64,000 bases of DNA from Lama glama (Eukaryota), in assembly GCA_028534125.1 (NCBI GenBank), contig CM052817.1, positions 91,142,001-91,206,000 on the forward strand, read 5' to 3'. Under the pieces are notes generated by a model. The model saw nothing but the letters and a program-made list of their open reading frames with translations. It searched no databases and was not told the origin of the DNA. How positions within the stretch are numbered: the stretch's first letter is position 1; each line of letters begins with the position of its first letter. Below are positions 1 to 13,109 of this stretch, piece by piece. A program made the position numbers and the translations under genes.

Positions 1-2306
1 ACTTCAAAGAAGAAAGGTCTCTTTTCTCAAAAACCACTGCCTCTCCAGCATCCTCAACCCAGTGTCCACTGGTCCTTTCCTTCTGTCATCAAATATGCTC
101 ATGTTCCTCTTCTGTGGAAAATCGTCCCAAGCCTGGGTACCAAGAGACATGGGCTCCAGCCCCTGGCCTTCCACGCACTTGTGGTGCCACCAACAAGACT
201 GGTAAGAGCATCATGTCCCCTCGAGCTATTTTCATGACTCGGCCTTGCTACTGCCTGCAAAGATTGCTTTATTTTAATACTTTCTTTAGTCAAACCTTCA
301 TTACCTCACCATACATTCTCTCGTTAAACATCTAAAATATAGTTCTCCCACCCACCCACCACACCACTAAAACGACTCTTCAGGATCATCAAATCCAACC
401 ATTGCCCAAACAAATCATCTATATGGACGCCTAATGCTTTAGACTTTTGGACAAAAAAATACCTGACATGATGGCAGGAAGCCCATTTCTCTGACTCCCC
501 AAGGCTGACCTCCCACATTGTCTGTTCCTCTCTGGCTCGGCTCTGTCTGGTCCTGCCTGTCTGCTCGGGGGCACGTGGCTTTATTCATAACTGGGCAGCA
601 GCTGTACGTGCGAGGGAGCCCAAGAGGAAGAGATGGCACTCTCCAAACCCACTGCCCCCACCACCTCCCTACACAGAGATCCCCTCCACACAAAATATGT
701 GACTGAAGAGTCATCTCCTTAGGTTAAAGTCTTGTATCTCACAGCATCTTCTGTTTGAAAAGAAAATGCCTTTAAAAAGACTGTACAGTAGTTCATCACC
801 TATTAATATGAAATTAATTTAGTAAACAATTAACTGTTACCTCAGAAATCAGAAAGTAGCACGTAGTATTCTATTGGGAGAAATAGAATATAAAATGAGT
901 CCATTTTGAGCAAATGACAACTCTACTGTCTGGACAGACCAAAGTAAAGTCATGCCCAAGAAAACAGGTATATTTTAATACCTATAAAAATACTGTTCAT
1001 GTAATTAAAACATACAACATCTTCCATAATTGACAACTGGCAAGGTAATAGCCTTCTGACTCCCCAGAATGCTGATTGAAAATGACAAATTTAATGCCCT
1101 CCCCACCAAGAAAGTAAGGTGGATTCTGGGGAAGTTAATTATCAATATCAGTCTATGAAGGTCCTGAAATAATTTTATGGTTTACTGTCAGAAATATGAG
1201 AGAGAACTTTTCTTTTCTACTAAATGTTGTGGTGTCTTTTTAACTGTCCTCCCTGCCCTCTAACCAGGGAAACTTGGTCACAGGTTTCTGCTGAGACCAC
1301 AAGGACCTGATCCTTTTCCCCATAAACAGCTTCCTCTGCACACATGCTCTGTGGGGAACACTTAACCCTGTGTCACTGCTGTTGGTAAAGTCTTGGAGCC
1401 TCACCCTAATGATTAGCTCACTATCATTTAGACTGTTGTTGGCAATCACCGTGCTTTCTATAAAGCAACTGAGTGTTTATTTATCAGCATTCACTCCTTA
1501 ATTTTTGCAGCTGCCCAAGATGCTTCTTTTGTACAGTCCCAGAACCTAGGTCAGCGGATAGGAAATAAATTGTCATGATACTATATGTGAAAGGGGCCAA
1601 GATTAAATTTCTCTTTCCTCTGCCTGAAAGATGTACTCTGGTACTAGATTAATAAGTCTACACCTCCACCCTGGAGCAAAGTGCCACCTTTAATCATTTC
1701 CAGAAGTGGAGTGCCCGACCTTCCACTTGTTGGGTTCAGGAACAACCTGAGAAAGATCACCAGGCCGTGTCAAAGGCCAAAAACCCCTTGTCTCTGAAGA
1801 CCTTCTCCCCGGGAAGTATCTTAGGACTCAAAGCAAAGGTATAACCATCTGCTCTTCTACAGAGGGGAGAAAAACTGAAAACCCCTGGCGTTTATAATAA
1901 GGGAAACTGTGCAAATCATGCCAATATCAGAACCACACAGCACTTGCAAGTAATATCTATGATCTTATACACGAACATCACGAAATGAAATTCAAAGACA
2001 GCCTAGGAACTGAGTGTATCATGGATCTGACTGTGAGGTGATTCTTAGATTTTTTTTGTCTCTTTATGGACCTGACTGACCCTATCTGGTGGAAGAAAGC
2101 AAGCTGTAGTCAGAGGGCAAAAAAGGAGATTTTGTTGCCCTGCTATTAGTAAATTCTGGCATGAACAGGGTCTGAAGATAGGAAACATGTGCCTAAAGGT
2201 GACTTATTTAGTTCCTTCCATGAAAAAAGACACCTACTTTTTTACCTATAACAACAGATGCCTTCTTCCAGAGGCCATAGAGCAGGAGTTCTTAATTGCC
2301 CCTTAT

Positions 2307-2530
2307 CAGGAGTTGATAAAATACGGCTCACAGGCCAAGTCCGGCCCACTGCCTGTTTTTGTAAATAAAGTTTTATTGAAACACAGCCATACATATTCAT
2401 TTACACATTGTCTACGGCTGCTTTCTTGCTATAATAGCAGAGCTAAGTATTTGCGACAGAGCCCTTATGGCATGCAAAGCCCAAGATATTAACAACTTGA
2501 TCCTTTACAGGAAAAGTCTACTGACTCCTG
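2307..2530 (+). mobile_element. MER58A-like hAT-Charlie MITE, full length
   Basis: CAGG...CCTG termini. Internal GGCCAAGTCCGGCCCACTGCCTGTTTTTGTAAATAAAGTTTTATTGAAACACAGCCA matches the recalled MER58A consensus. Similar 8-bp flanks ccccttat/ccctatat. Confidence 0.9.
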
Positions 2531-2569
2531 CCCTATATCCTCTACAGCAAAATATAAAATAATTATTGT

Positions 2570-3030
2570 AATAACCAGTGTTTATCAAACTTTTCAATGT
2601 GCAATGCTGTTACACATGTTCCATGAATTATATTATTAATTCTCTACAACAGCCCTCTGAAGTAAGTATTTTGTTTCCCCTATTTTAAAAGTGAAGGACC
2701 CAAGGCTTACAGAACTAATGAGGTCCCAGGACTAGGAAGTGGTGGAGGCAGGATTCAAGACCTGTCAGTCTGACTCCGGCACCTATTCTCTCCACTAGTA
2801 ACCAATATTTCCTCTAATATAATAAGAACAGCTACCATTTACCAAGTGTCTAGTGTACACTAGCTTTTGCACACATTGTCTTTAAAGCTCACCACTGCCT
2901 GTGTTTGTACTTTCCAAAGATCAGGAAGAAGGAACCCAGACTGGTTAAATGATTTACCTACAGTCAGACAGCTAAGAGTAGAAGATCCTGTGTTCAACCT
3001 CAGACGTCACAGCCCTTCATACACATGCCA
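2570..3030 (-). mobile_element. Two adjacent MIR SINE remnants
   Basis: Reverse MIR core-like text: cctattttaaaagtgaaggacccaaggct...ggcaggattcaagacctgtcagtctgactcc and ggttaaatgatttacctacagtcagacagctaagagt. Confidence 0.7.
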
Positions 3031-3179
3031 TCTCGTAGCAGAAAGACATTTAAGAGACAATATCATCAGCATTAGAAATAATGGGGCTTTTTTCTACTTT
3101 TCCATTCTGTCTAGAAAGACTGTTTCACCACACTCAGGTACTAGCACTCACTTAATTGTTAATGATCTGCATGGTGCTT

Positions 3180-3280
3180 GGCACATCATTTAAACTTTTC
3201 AGGTCTCAGTTTCCTCCTTGGCAAAAGGAGGGAGTTGAGGTTGGATGCTCTCTGAGCTCTTCCAGCTCAAATACTCTCTA
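3180..3280 (+). mobile_element. MIR/MIR3 fragment
   Basis: tctcagtttcctccttggcaaaaggagggagttg...tctgagctcttccagctc resembles the MIR core and 3' end. Confidence 0.6.
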
Positions 3281-4819
3281 AACTTTCTATTCTGTCCCCT
3301 CACAGAGTTCTGTGGCCATTTTTGCTCTGTGTGTATGCATGTTATTCAGTAATCGCAAACCATCAGAAAGAACCAGTCAACTTTCTGACTTAAAATTCCT
3401 CCCATGGGATACTCTCTCATTATGGATCTTAATGGCTTTCTATTCAAGTGAGAGGCTGGACTTCTGTCAACTCCTGAAGTCACTTATCATTACAGGATGG
3501 CTCATGAAAATAGCTGCTTCCTTGGAACACTAAGAGGGCTCCAGACACTAGTGACTCTTGCTCCTTTTTCATTCATTTTGTTGTGTCTGATTTGGGGTAT
3601 TTTGGTAGATTTATTAAACAGCCAGCAAAATCTAAGTCCCGAGACCCGGCTGCGTCAAAGGTAGAAATGTACATTGAATATTATGTGAATTGGTGGAGGT
3701 GATTGTTTTCTTTTATGATAATGTGTTAAATCAGTACCAACCAGCTGGTAAATTGAAATAGTAAGGCTTCTAGATGTTCATGAAAGGTAGGACTTTTCCA
3801 ATGAGCTGTTTCATCTGTATCTTACTTCCTAATCCCATTATCTTTCTCTGTAAACTATCAAACTTTAAGGACCACTGCAGTCACTGCATGAATGCCTTCA
3901 TCACGTTAAAATGTTTTCCCAAGCAAAGGCCAAGTTCTAAAAACTGCCCTTCAGAGTTCCTCAAATGGCGGTTCTTCCCAGCCTGGATGCCTTCATTTTG
4001 ACTGACGGTAAAACTGATGTAAGGAAGTACTTCTACTGAGTTTACTTCTTTAAGTGACTTGGTTTGGGGTGGGAAAAAAAAAAAAAAGGCCATCTTTCCA
4101 GTGATCCCTCTAAGCCTTTTTAATTGCAGAATTCTTTTTTATGGTGTCACTGACCCAGCCTTAGCAGAGTTCATTTCAGAAATGTGCTGAAGTGGGAACC
4201 AGCCCTGACAACAGAGGCTGAGAAATGTTTTAAGTATCACGACTCTACATTTTTCTCCTGTCTGTGAGGTTCAGGGATTCATCCTGTCTGAATCATGCCT
4301 GCCCTTTGTTTATGCATGAATAAGATATTTTAGACACTTGAGGACACAGCATAGATACCAGCTCTTCCTGGAAAAGTAAGACCCAGACCTCAAATCAGGG
4401 TGAGACACAGACTGTCCCCAGTACCAAGTAATTTCCAAACATGAAAAAAGATACATGGGTTAGCAAGCATCTCCAGTTCTCCTATTGGCCCCTAACCTTT
4501 TGCAAGACAAAAATGTCACATATAATGGATCCTAAAATTAATGGCACATTTTGCTTTTCAGTATCAGATCAGCTGAGAATAAGGTCAATCTCTTACCTCC
4601 TGAAGATGAGAGGTTGTCATTGTTTGAATACACTTAACAGCACTGCAGACATTGGGCCTCAGAAAGTATCTGATAACTTAGAAGTTCAGAATATGGATCA
4701 AAAATAAACCTGCAAAAAGTCATTCAGCCCCATTCCCTAGTTTCTGATAGGGCCACACCTAAAGCAGCCTAGTCCTGTGTCACTTAGAAAAGTCTCTTCT
4801 CCTCCAGGTTTGGCTCCAT

Positions 4820-6060
4820 TATTTACTAGGTAACCATTTACAAAACACTATTCTAAGCACTGGGTATACTCTGAATACAACAGACAAGCAATAAACAAAT
4901 ACACAAGAAAAAAATGTATGGTAGTGTTTAGTGCTATTTTGAAGATGAAACAGGGTGATATAATACAGAAAGACTGGACTACTTTAGTTTACATTGATCA
5001 AGAAAGATTCTCTGAGGAGTTGACTTTTAAGTTGAAACCAGAAAAAAAAAAAAAGATGACCCTGTGAGGTCTTGACTAAGGGAAGAACATTCTGGACACA
5101 GGAAACACTTAGTGCAAAGGTCCTAAGGTGGAAGGGAACTTGATGTTTTCAAGACCCAGCAAAAGCAGGGCAAGGGAGAGAAGAGAGGTTGGAGATGAGG
5201 TCAGACAGGTGGGCAGAGGCCAGATCTCATGAGGTCCTGAAGACCCCATTGGAGAGCGTCATTTTGGCCTGCAATGGGAAGCTATTAGTTCTTAATAGTG
5301 GGGAATTTGTGACCTAATTGTTTTTTAAGAAGAGTACCGTAGCTACTCAGCCATAAAAAAGAGTGAAATAATGCCATTTGCAGGAACCATCTAGTATCGA
5401 CCTAGAGATGATCATACTAAGTGAAGTAAGTCAGACAGAGAAAGACAAATACGATATCACTTATATGTGGAATCTAAAAAAATGACTCAAATGAACTCAT
5501 TTACAAAACAGAAACAGACTCACAGACATAGAAAACAAACTTATAGTTACCAAAGGGGAAAGGGGGCTAGGAGGGATAAATTAGGAGTTTGGGATTAGCA
5601 GATACACACTACTGTATAGAAAACAGATATACAACAAGGTCCTGCTGTAGAGCACAGGGAACTGTATTCAATGTATTGTATTAGACTATAATGGAAAAGA
5701 ACATATATATATGTATAACTGAATCACTTTGCTGTATGTCAGAAATTAACACAACATGGTAAATCAACTACACTTCAATTTTAAAACAATTAAAAATAAA
5801 CTAATTTCCAAATCAAAAAGAAGAAAGAGTACCCTGGCTGCTGTGAAGGGAGTGGAATTTTGGAAGGCAAAAATGGAACCAGGGAGGTCACTTAGGAGGC
5901 AACTGCCATGATCCAGGTGAGAGACGAGGGAGGCTTTTACTGGGTGGTAATTAGTGACGATGGAGAGAAGCGGGAAGTTTGGAGATGTGTTATTCAGATA
6001 GAATGGCAGGGTTTGCTGATGTATTTGATATGGGTAATGAGGGAGTCAAGAACGCCTCTC
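4820..6060 (-). mobile_element. L2 LINE 3' portion, interrupted by an L1 insertion
   Basis: L2-like text on both sides of the L1 (tctctgaggagttgacttttaagttgaaacc; gtgcaaaggtcctaagg; gatccaggtgagagacgaggg). Confidence 0.75.
5345..5824 (+). mobile_element. 5'-truncated L1 (ORF2 end plus 3'UTR)
   Basis: actcagccataaaaaagagtgaaataatgccatttgcag...aaatcaactacacttcaat then an A-rich tail. 15-bp TSD aagagtaccgtagct (5330-5344) / aagagtaccctggct (5825-5839). Confidence 0.92.
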
Positions 6061-6720
6061 CAATTTGGGGCTAGCTCATACACAGGGAAGCTGCTTGCTA
6101 CTTTGGCATCTGAGATTGTGATGTTTCAGCCAAATGGCACCAGAAGCATGACCAATTGCCCTGTAAATGTGAAATGCACCAGAGGAAACTAGTAGATTTT
6201 ATAAACTATCATCAGAGACATCTTCACTGTTCTGACTCTCTCCTACAGAGCAATTTTGTTTCCTGGAGAGCCTCTCTGCACATGCCTGTGTAAGGTTCTT
6301 ATTCTTAACTTACACAGAAAGAGTGCATTTCCTCATTATGTTCCAGTAGCCGGGAGGCACATGAAATAGAGAGTGGGCCAGGGATTCTGTGCTTTGTTAA
6401 AGTGAAGGGACAGTCAGTATCAAGAACATTAGCCATGGCAGTACACAGGATTGCTCAACGGTGTATGAAAAGAAAAAGCAGTCATCTGAATTGAATTTTC
6501 AGCTGGAGCCTAAGAGGCCAAATGTAATCATCCACCTAAAATTATCACACAAGTCAATACTTCCTCCCTTCTCCTTGCAAAGGGAAAGAGACCGATGTTT
6601 TATTTTTCAGTCAAGCAGGTGGCCTTGAGGCAGCTCACCAGCTGGCTGAAATCTAAATACCTTCGCCAAGACAAAAGCCAGTAACATGATTGATTATCTT
6701 CTCATTGCAGAAGAGAACCT

Positions 6721-6901
6721 CCCCAGCCAATCAGCATGCAGAACTGCTCTCAGATTATCACTGAACAAAACTAGACTCAGAGCTGATAAACGCAGGTGCC
6801 CAAACCTCAGGCCCCGATTGGCTGGGGCTTCATCTACCAGCTCAGTTCCATTCAGTGTATTGATTTCTAACAAGGACCAGTTCATTTCTTAGTTGGTAAG
6901 C
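6721..6901 (+). promoter_or_regulatory. Inverted pair of CCAAT (NF-Y) boxes followed by Inr-like TCAGTT and a splice-donor-like site
   Basis: ccccagccaatc (6721-6732) and its exact reverse complement gattggctgggg (6816-6827). TCAGTT at 6842-6847. TTG|GTAAGC at 6896. Confidence 0.35.
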
Positions 6902-7286
6902 CCTGGCTTTCTTTTTTTCAGACCCTGAATAGTTATTCACACTCCCAGTCAATCATTTCAGTATATCTGCCCAGAGGTTGGAATTAGTCTGCCCCCAGAG
7001 AGAAGGCTCTTCCTCCAAATGTCTTGGACATATAAACTTCTGAGCGGTTCATGGATTCCTCCCAAACTCCCTTCTGTGCCTCCTGGGAGTGAAAAAAATG
7101 CTGTGTGTGCACTTCCCATTTAACTGGAAGCCCATAATGAAGATTCTGTCTGACTATGGTTTCTTATACTGCATCCCAAGCATCTTGAGAACAGGAAGTG
7201 GGATGGTCCACAGAGGGTTTCAAATCTACCTTCTTTGTACTGGGAACTGGCATCTGGCTCCTGGGTGTCTACAATATCTTCTGATC

Positions 7287-8329
7287 TCAAACCAGGAGGA
7301 ATAGGAAAATTGAGGTGAACAGAGACTCTATCTTAATAAGCAGTTGAACAAAGTTTTCAAATTCCAACTGCTCCTTGAGATTCACCAGGGAATTCACCTT
7401 CTCCCAAATGGAAATCCTGTTCAAGGGTCCAAATAACTCCTTCTGAAACCTCATAATATAACCATGTCCCTTATTCCTAAGAAAATCAAAGGACATCATT
7501 TGCTCTTCTTTTTTCTTCTCTGTGATTGCTGGTGTCATGGGTTGTAATGTTTGCTACTAGCTTGGATATTTGAGCCTAAGAAGAAAGCCCTTGTAGAAAG
7601 AAGCTGCCACAGAGGCCAAGTGTCCACTACCCTAAAAATCTCCTTCCACAAGTTCAGGGTGAAAGCCAGTGTCTTCTCGCCGTGGCACAGAAATCTTTGC
7701 TCTCCAAGCTCAAGAAGGTCGTTTTCCTCCTCAAAACTGAATATCAGGCTTGTCAAAAATGTTTCCTTATTGATCAGACAGAGACAGAATATTGAAGATA
7801 GAGAGATATGTGCTGAACTATGTCCCTTGTTTCAGGGAAAAGCTGGAATTCCAATGGTGCCCCCGACTATGAAGATTATGAAAGAGGTTACATGAGGATG
7901 GAGGCCGCACTGAGTTAAAGGCACTACCCTCGGATTATTAGAGGCAAGAATATGAAAGATCAAGCAACGGGGCTTGGGGGAGGACAGGGAAGCCAGGTGC
8001 TAGCTTGGCTCCTGTCCCATGCACTGCATTAGTGATGTGATGGAATCACAGGCGTCCCATCACTGCTCCAGTGCCATGTGCATGCTCTCCTGCTATGCTC
8101 TTAGAAGCACAGATGCATCTTGTGAGAAACCTGATAGCAGTGACAGAAGAGAAATGCTGTTTTCCAAGGATTCAGAGGAGCCTCAGCTCAGTCCCGAGGG
8201 TCCCTGCCAAGCAAGCTCCTCCCCGGCTTCTCCTCAGCCCCGCAGCACCATCACATTCAGAGATGCAGGGGGCATTTTTAATGTGTCCCCTCCCTCCTCA
8301 GGGAGATCAGAGTTCAGTGAGGGTCCTAT
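7287..8329 (-). pseudogene. Candidate decayed coding exon D (large terminal exon) of an unidentified gene
   Basis: Strong acceptor ctgttctctacttttcctttcctgtag| ending at 8330. A phase-0 frame runs 8329 to 7535 with 6 internal TGA/TAG stops and joins ORF 7535-7756 (FSFEEENDLLELGEQRFL). It then frameshifts to ORF 7287-7538 (KEQLEFENFVQLLIKIE). Ser-rich shadow ORFs lie on the plus strand. No repeat signature recognised. Confidence 0.45.
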
Positions 8330-8719
8330 CTACAGGAAAGGAAAAGTAGAGAACAGCGTTTCTGTGGTTCTTTTCCCCATTAAGGAGATCCCTGATACGC
8401 AGTGGCTTTTTTAATTGTAAAGAGAGAAAGAAAAGTGGGAGGGAAGGAAAGGAGAGAGGGAAAGAAAGGGAAAGAGAGAGATTTTGAAAGAGATTAGAGG
8501 ATACTTTTTAAATCCAAAAAAGCGACAGTGAGGGTGTTGATACGGCATTGGGCACAGCCCCGTGGGCACCTAGCAAAGGAGTGAGGGTACTGATCACAGG
8601 GATTCGCCCGACAACACCCGGGAGTCGGGGAGGATTCCCTATCAGAATTGCCTGAGCATCTTTCCCAAAGTACCATTCTCCTCCTCCCCCAGGAATTATG
8701 AGGTTGATCTACAGCTAAC

Positions 8720-8960
8720 AATTTGGAAAGACGTCCAAGATGAGTTAAGTGAAAACCACACAATGCAGAAGAGTCCGTGTAGGAAGATCCTGTTTCAGTA
8801 AACAATACAGCCATAATTGCATGTCTTATTTGCCCGTATGTGCCTAGAATAATACGGAAGAATACATAGCAGATGGACACAGGGATTCTCTCTAAGGGAT
8901 GGTGTAATGAAGGCCGTTCACTCTTATGTTATCCATAGAGGGGTATTTCAGATTATTAAT
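8720..8960 (+). mobile_element. Ancient L1 (L1ME-like) 3'UTR remnant
   Basis: ttggaaagacgtccaagatgagttaagtgaaaac...gaagaatacatagcag...tctctaaggga resembles old L1ME 3' ends. Confidence 0.45.
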
Positions 8961-9817
8961 CAGTAGGTTTCTCCTCCTAACTAGACGCACCAAAACCCTT
9001 TACTGGTACCCAGGCATGAGTCACACACAATAGAACAAGAAAAATGTGGCAAGTAATTGATTTAGGGTGGGAAGATTTTGCCATATGGTAACAGAGCAAA
9101 GGTTTAAGACTGAGCAAGACTGGGAGGAAAGGACCGACGGGTGGAGAAGATGCAGAGACACTGCTGCAGATGGGAGAGGAGGGCAGGAGAGGCTGTGACC
9201 CCACAGGAGGGAATCTGGCAAGCTCTGTGGAGGGCAGGAGGCTGACAGGGCTTTTCTCCTCACTCCACAGTGAGCTCCACCCATGGCCAAGTGTGGTCTG
9301 TCACCCAGGGGTGTCCATCTTGAAGTGACACTGACCTACACCCCCAAGTCTATCCAGTGCTGCCCCACGCCCACCTCCCCACCTGCTTTCTGGGGAAAAC
9401 TTCCAGGACCTGGTCCAATGACACTAGACATTCGATAGCCACCACCTTGCCCCCTATCAGGCCAGACGTGAGCACGAAAGGTTGGACACAGTGTGAAAGG
9501 AAGCCCTGCTCTGGGCCAGGGTGGAATTAGACGGAGCAAATTTGAACTCACGCAGCCAGGACAGGAATGGAAACACACCGCCCCATCCTAGGAACCTTTC
9601 ACAGTGTCTTCATTTTATGATATAAGCAGGCACTACTTTTGTGATGGGAAACAGGTTTTGAAAGAAACCAGTATGACTCAACATTCACTATTCATCAAAC
9701 CTTCTCAGTATTGGCTCCTAAGACCTTCCTTCTGTCAACTTCCTGTCAGACCAATTAAGCATCTAATTGATGCTCTGAAGACACCCTTGCCCATTTACAG
9801 GTACACAAGTGTGGGTG

Positions 9818-10008
9818 TGCATACACACACCACACACACAATGCCACGTACACACACCACACACCCATACCACACATACACAAACCACATACCACGCCAC
9901 ATACACACATCACACCACAAACACCACACTCATACACACACACCATACACACAACACATACACACGCCACACACATACACCACACACCACACCACAGACA
10001 CACACACA
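9818..10008. repeat. Degenerate (CA)/(CAC)n low-complexity tract
   Basis: About 190 bp composed almost entirely of C and A. It generates spurious H/T- and C/V-rich ORFs. Confidence 0.95.
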
Positions 10009-11234
10009 CCTTGTGCAGTCACTCTCCACTCCATCTGCATGCCCAGGCTGCGACACCTTTATCCCTCTACCCCCTCATTCCTGTAGTTACGAAATGCTGA
10101 CTGAACTTCTCTTTGGCTTTTGAAAACAACAGCATTGTCTTGCAGTCACTTGTTGTGCCACTTGTGTGTGTTTGCCCACACACAACCTGACCTGGGGACG
10201 TCTCCCCAGCAGGGAGGCTAGTGCTCACTGCACAGAGCATGGGACCACGCACTGCCTCTGACGCAGGACTGGGAATTAACTGCTCCCCCACCACAGATTA
10301 TTACTCACCACCAATCCCAGAATCTAAACCTTGTTTCCAGAAAGTACACTTTCACACTGGAAGGGGGTTTTTCATACTATTTCCTGGTAGTGGTTGTAAT
10401 AAGACTCTGCTTTCAGATTAGCACAGAATGTAGATGCTAATAAGTGGTCAGCACAGAAGGTTATAGCTGACAGAGATCTCCTCACCTTTGGTTTCCATTT
10501 ACAAGATCTCATTCAGCCCTCAAGGAGCGGGATATTAGGAGACTCTTTCTGACTCCATTTCAACTATCAAGACGATTGGGACAGATGTCTTCCAGCAGGT
10601 TTACAGAGATGATCCCAGAGCCCCATCCCAATAAGGATGAGACAAGGGGCAGAGAGGAGTGGATTTTGTGAGGGGTTTGGATGAGAATATCTACAAGGCC
10701 GTACTTTCGGAGAGAGCTGTGCTGCTGTGAGTGCTGGGAGTCCCCAGCAAGGCCGCTGTGGAAGAGGGTCCCCAGAGCAGAAGGGGACCTCAGGGGACCA
10801 GGCTGAAAAGCGCTCCCTACCGCAATAGCCTTACATCCTGACCAGAGTAAGTAACTGTCAGAAGCAATAGTGGCAACGATGTGACCTGCCCTGCGGTCCC
10901 TTTGCTTCCTGAGTGTGACTGCCAACAGAAAGCAGACAGGGAGAGAGTGTGGCTACAGAAGGAGCTGGAGGCCAGTTCTGGCTCCCACATTGCTGGGTCT
11001 GCAGCCTCAGCAGCTGGGGAGGAGGTAGCAGTTTCCAGTCCTGCTGTGGTCACACCCCAGCTTCTGGGGCCCGGCTGTTGAGAGGCAGATGGTACGCCCC
11101 CCAAGTTTGACCTATGGTTCCACATCACCGGATAGGAATGCAGCCCAAGGAGACAGAACTGTTCCCCATTTGAAGATCAGAGACCATGATTTACTGCATC
11201 TTGAAGGGAAAGAAAGAGACCTATCTCTTTGTCT

Positions 11235-11321
11235 GGAAAGGAGAGGAGAGAAGGGAGGAGGGAGGGGAGGGGGAAGGAGAACAGAGAAGAGGGGAGGGAA
11301 AGTGAGGGACGGGGAGGTAGG
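11235..11321. repeat. Polypurine GA-rich tract with G4-capable runs
   Basis: ggaaaggagaggagagaagggaggagggaggggagggggaagg... Confidence 0.85.
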
Positions 11322-13090
11322 TTAAGAAGTCTTTTGATGGAAGAGAAACTCAAAGCCTAGAACACATCCATCTGCTTCCTGGATTAATCTATTTCTGGCA
11401 ATGAAGTCTGACAAAGAAGTCTGTCTATGGGAGACGAAACACTTCTCTCACCTCATTAAGAGCTCCTGCTTTGTTTATCTCAGGGTCTAAGTGAGCACAT
11501 GCTTTATTATACGCAGACATTCCTTTTACAAATGGCCCCAGGTGTCTGCACAAAATATGAGACGACTATATAGCATTATGGAAACCAGGAAAACGCCATC
11601 AAACTCTGGAAAAGAAAAATATTGATGGAGTAAATGCCTCTTACAATACATAATAATAAAAACAAACAAGCCTGTTCAAAAAAATTAATAACTGTGCCAC
11701 ATTCAACTTAGAGAATCTTGGTTTGATTTCTCTGAAAGGCAGCAGGATTGGTCCTCATTTTTATACTGGGTGGGGGGGGTGCAGTGATTTTGACCCTACT
11801 TTTCCCAACGGTAAGCTTGCAAGACCTCTAGGTAAGTCTCTGCCTCTGAAGGGGTCAGTCTGAAGAAGGCAGATTTCAGAGTGTGACATCTACAAAATAT
11901 AGAAATTAACATGTTCCCTCCATACTGGGCCCATAGCCAGACCTTCACGTCCATGGAGCAAGTAGCTTGAGAGCCCAGACACGTGCCATACACGATGCCA
12001 GGAGCCAGGCAGACAAGAGTGAAAGACACACACAAGGCACCTGTTCTCCTAGTGTAGATCCAAGAAATCAGTTTGGTGAATCAACTGGGAACCTATGACA
12101 TCTGGAGATTTCAAAGTAATTGCAACGCAACATCAAATTAAGTTTTAGTGTGTGGGGACTTTTTGCTTTTGGTTTTTCTTTTTATCTAATCTCACATGCT
12201 GCACATGATCAACAGTCAACATGGAAAAAGATCAACAATAAGGTACCAAAAAGTGCAGCATAACTGGGAAATTTCAGCCCATTTTTGTTGCATGGCACTG
12301 TGAAGAAAAGGACTAATATTAAGAATAAATTGAGATGTTGGTGAACATATTGTGCTATGTTTTCATATAAATTCTGCTGTTGATTCTCTCATTAGGCCTT
12401 TTTTTTTTTTAATGATCTATCATCCCTATTACCCAGGTAACTTGGAAAGCTATGAAATGGGAAGAGTCAGGGCAACAAAGAAATGAATTTCTGTCCCACC
12501 AAGATTTTATTCTTAAACTCACTCAAAAATATTTAAATGGAAGAAATTAGTCTCTGCTTTTCCATTAACTTCTCTTCCCAGAATGAAGGAGCTTTTCGGT
12601 AAACTCGCCTCTCTAACCTGCAGATTCTATATCGGTGGATCAATGAGAAAACATTTTTGACAAGTCAAATGTTCATTTTTTTTTTTAGGGGAGAAATAAC
12701 CCTCTCTCTATCCAGGCTGCCAGGATTGTGGCTTATGTGTTCTCAGTCCCTCAAGCTATCAATCGGCATCTCACTGCAGACATTGCCCAGATGTCTTTGG
12801 TCAGTGCACATTAAAGGCTCAGTTTGCAGGCTTCCTAGGAAAGAGATTTAACATTAGCACATGTTAGATGTTACGGAACATCCTTCTCCATTGAAAGAGA
12901 AATTTTATTTCTCAGGGAGAAAAAAATACAACATGTAGTCACTGGGATGCATTATGAACCTGTTATTGCATGTGGGATTTATGATCAAGGTCTCTCTCTT
13001 CTACAAGGATTCTTCAGCTAAGGGCGGAATTACAGATTAAGGCGCGCACACGCAAAAAAAAAAAAAAAAAAAAAAAGTTTCGCAGACCTT

Positions 13091-13109
13091 TAGCCCCATC
13101 TAGTGGCCA
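13091..13109 (-). promoter_or_regulatory. CTCF motif
   Basis: Minus strand reads TGGCCACTAGATGGGGCTA, one mismatch from CCACTAGATGGCGCTA. Confidence 0.55.

Noticed and set aside
1620..1884. Minus-strand acceptor at 1857 with peptide RADGYTFALSPKILPGEKVFRDKGFLAFDTAW
   Set aside because: Frequent stops in the frames I translated, no convincing donor and no link to the exon model. It cannot be distinguished from chance.
9604..10123. His/Thr-rich and Cys/Val-rich ORFs
   Set aside because: They are produced by the degenerate CA repeat.
11233..11330. Strong minus-strand acceptor as another exon of the relic
   Set aside because: The pyrimidine tract is a simple GA repeat, and phase-0 reading hits TAG at the fourth codon.
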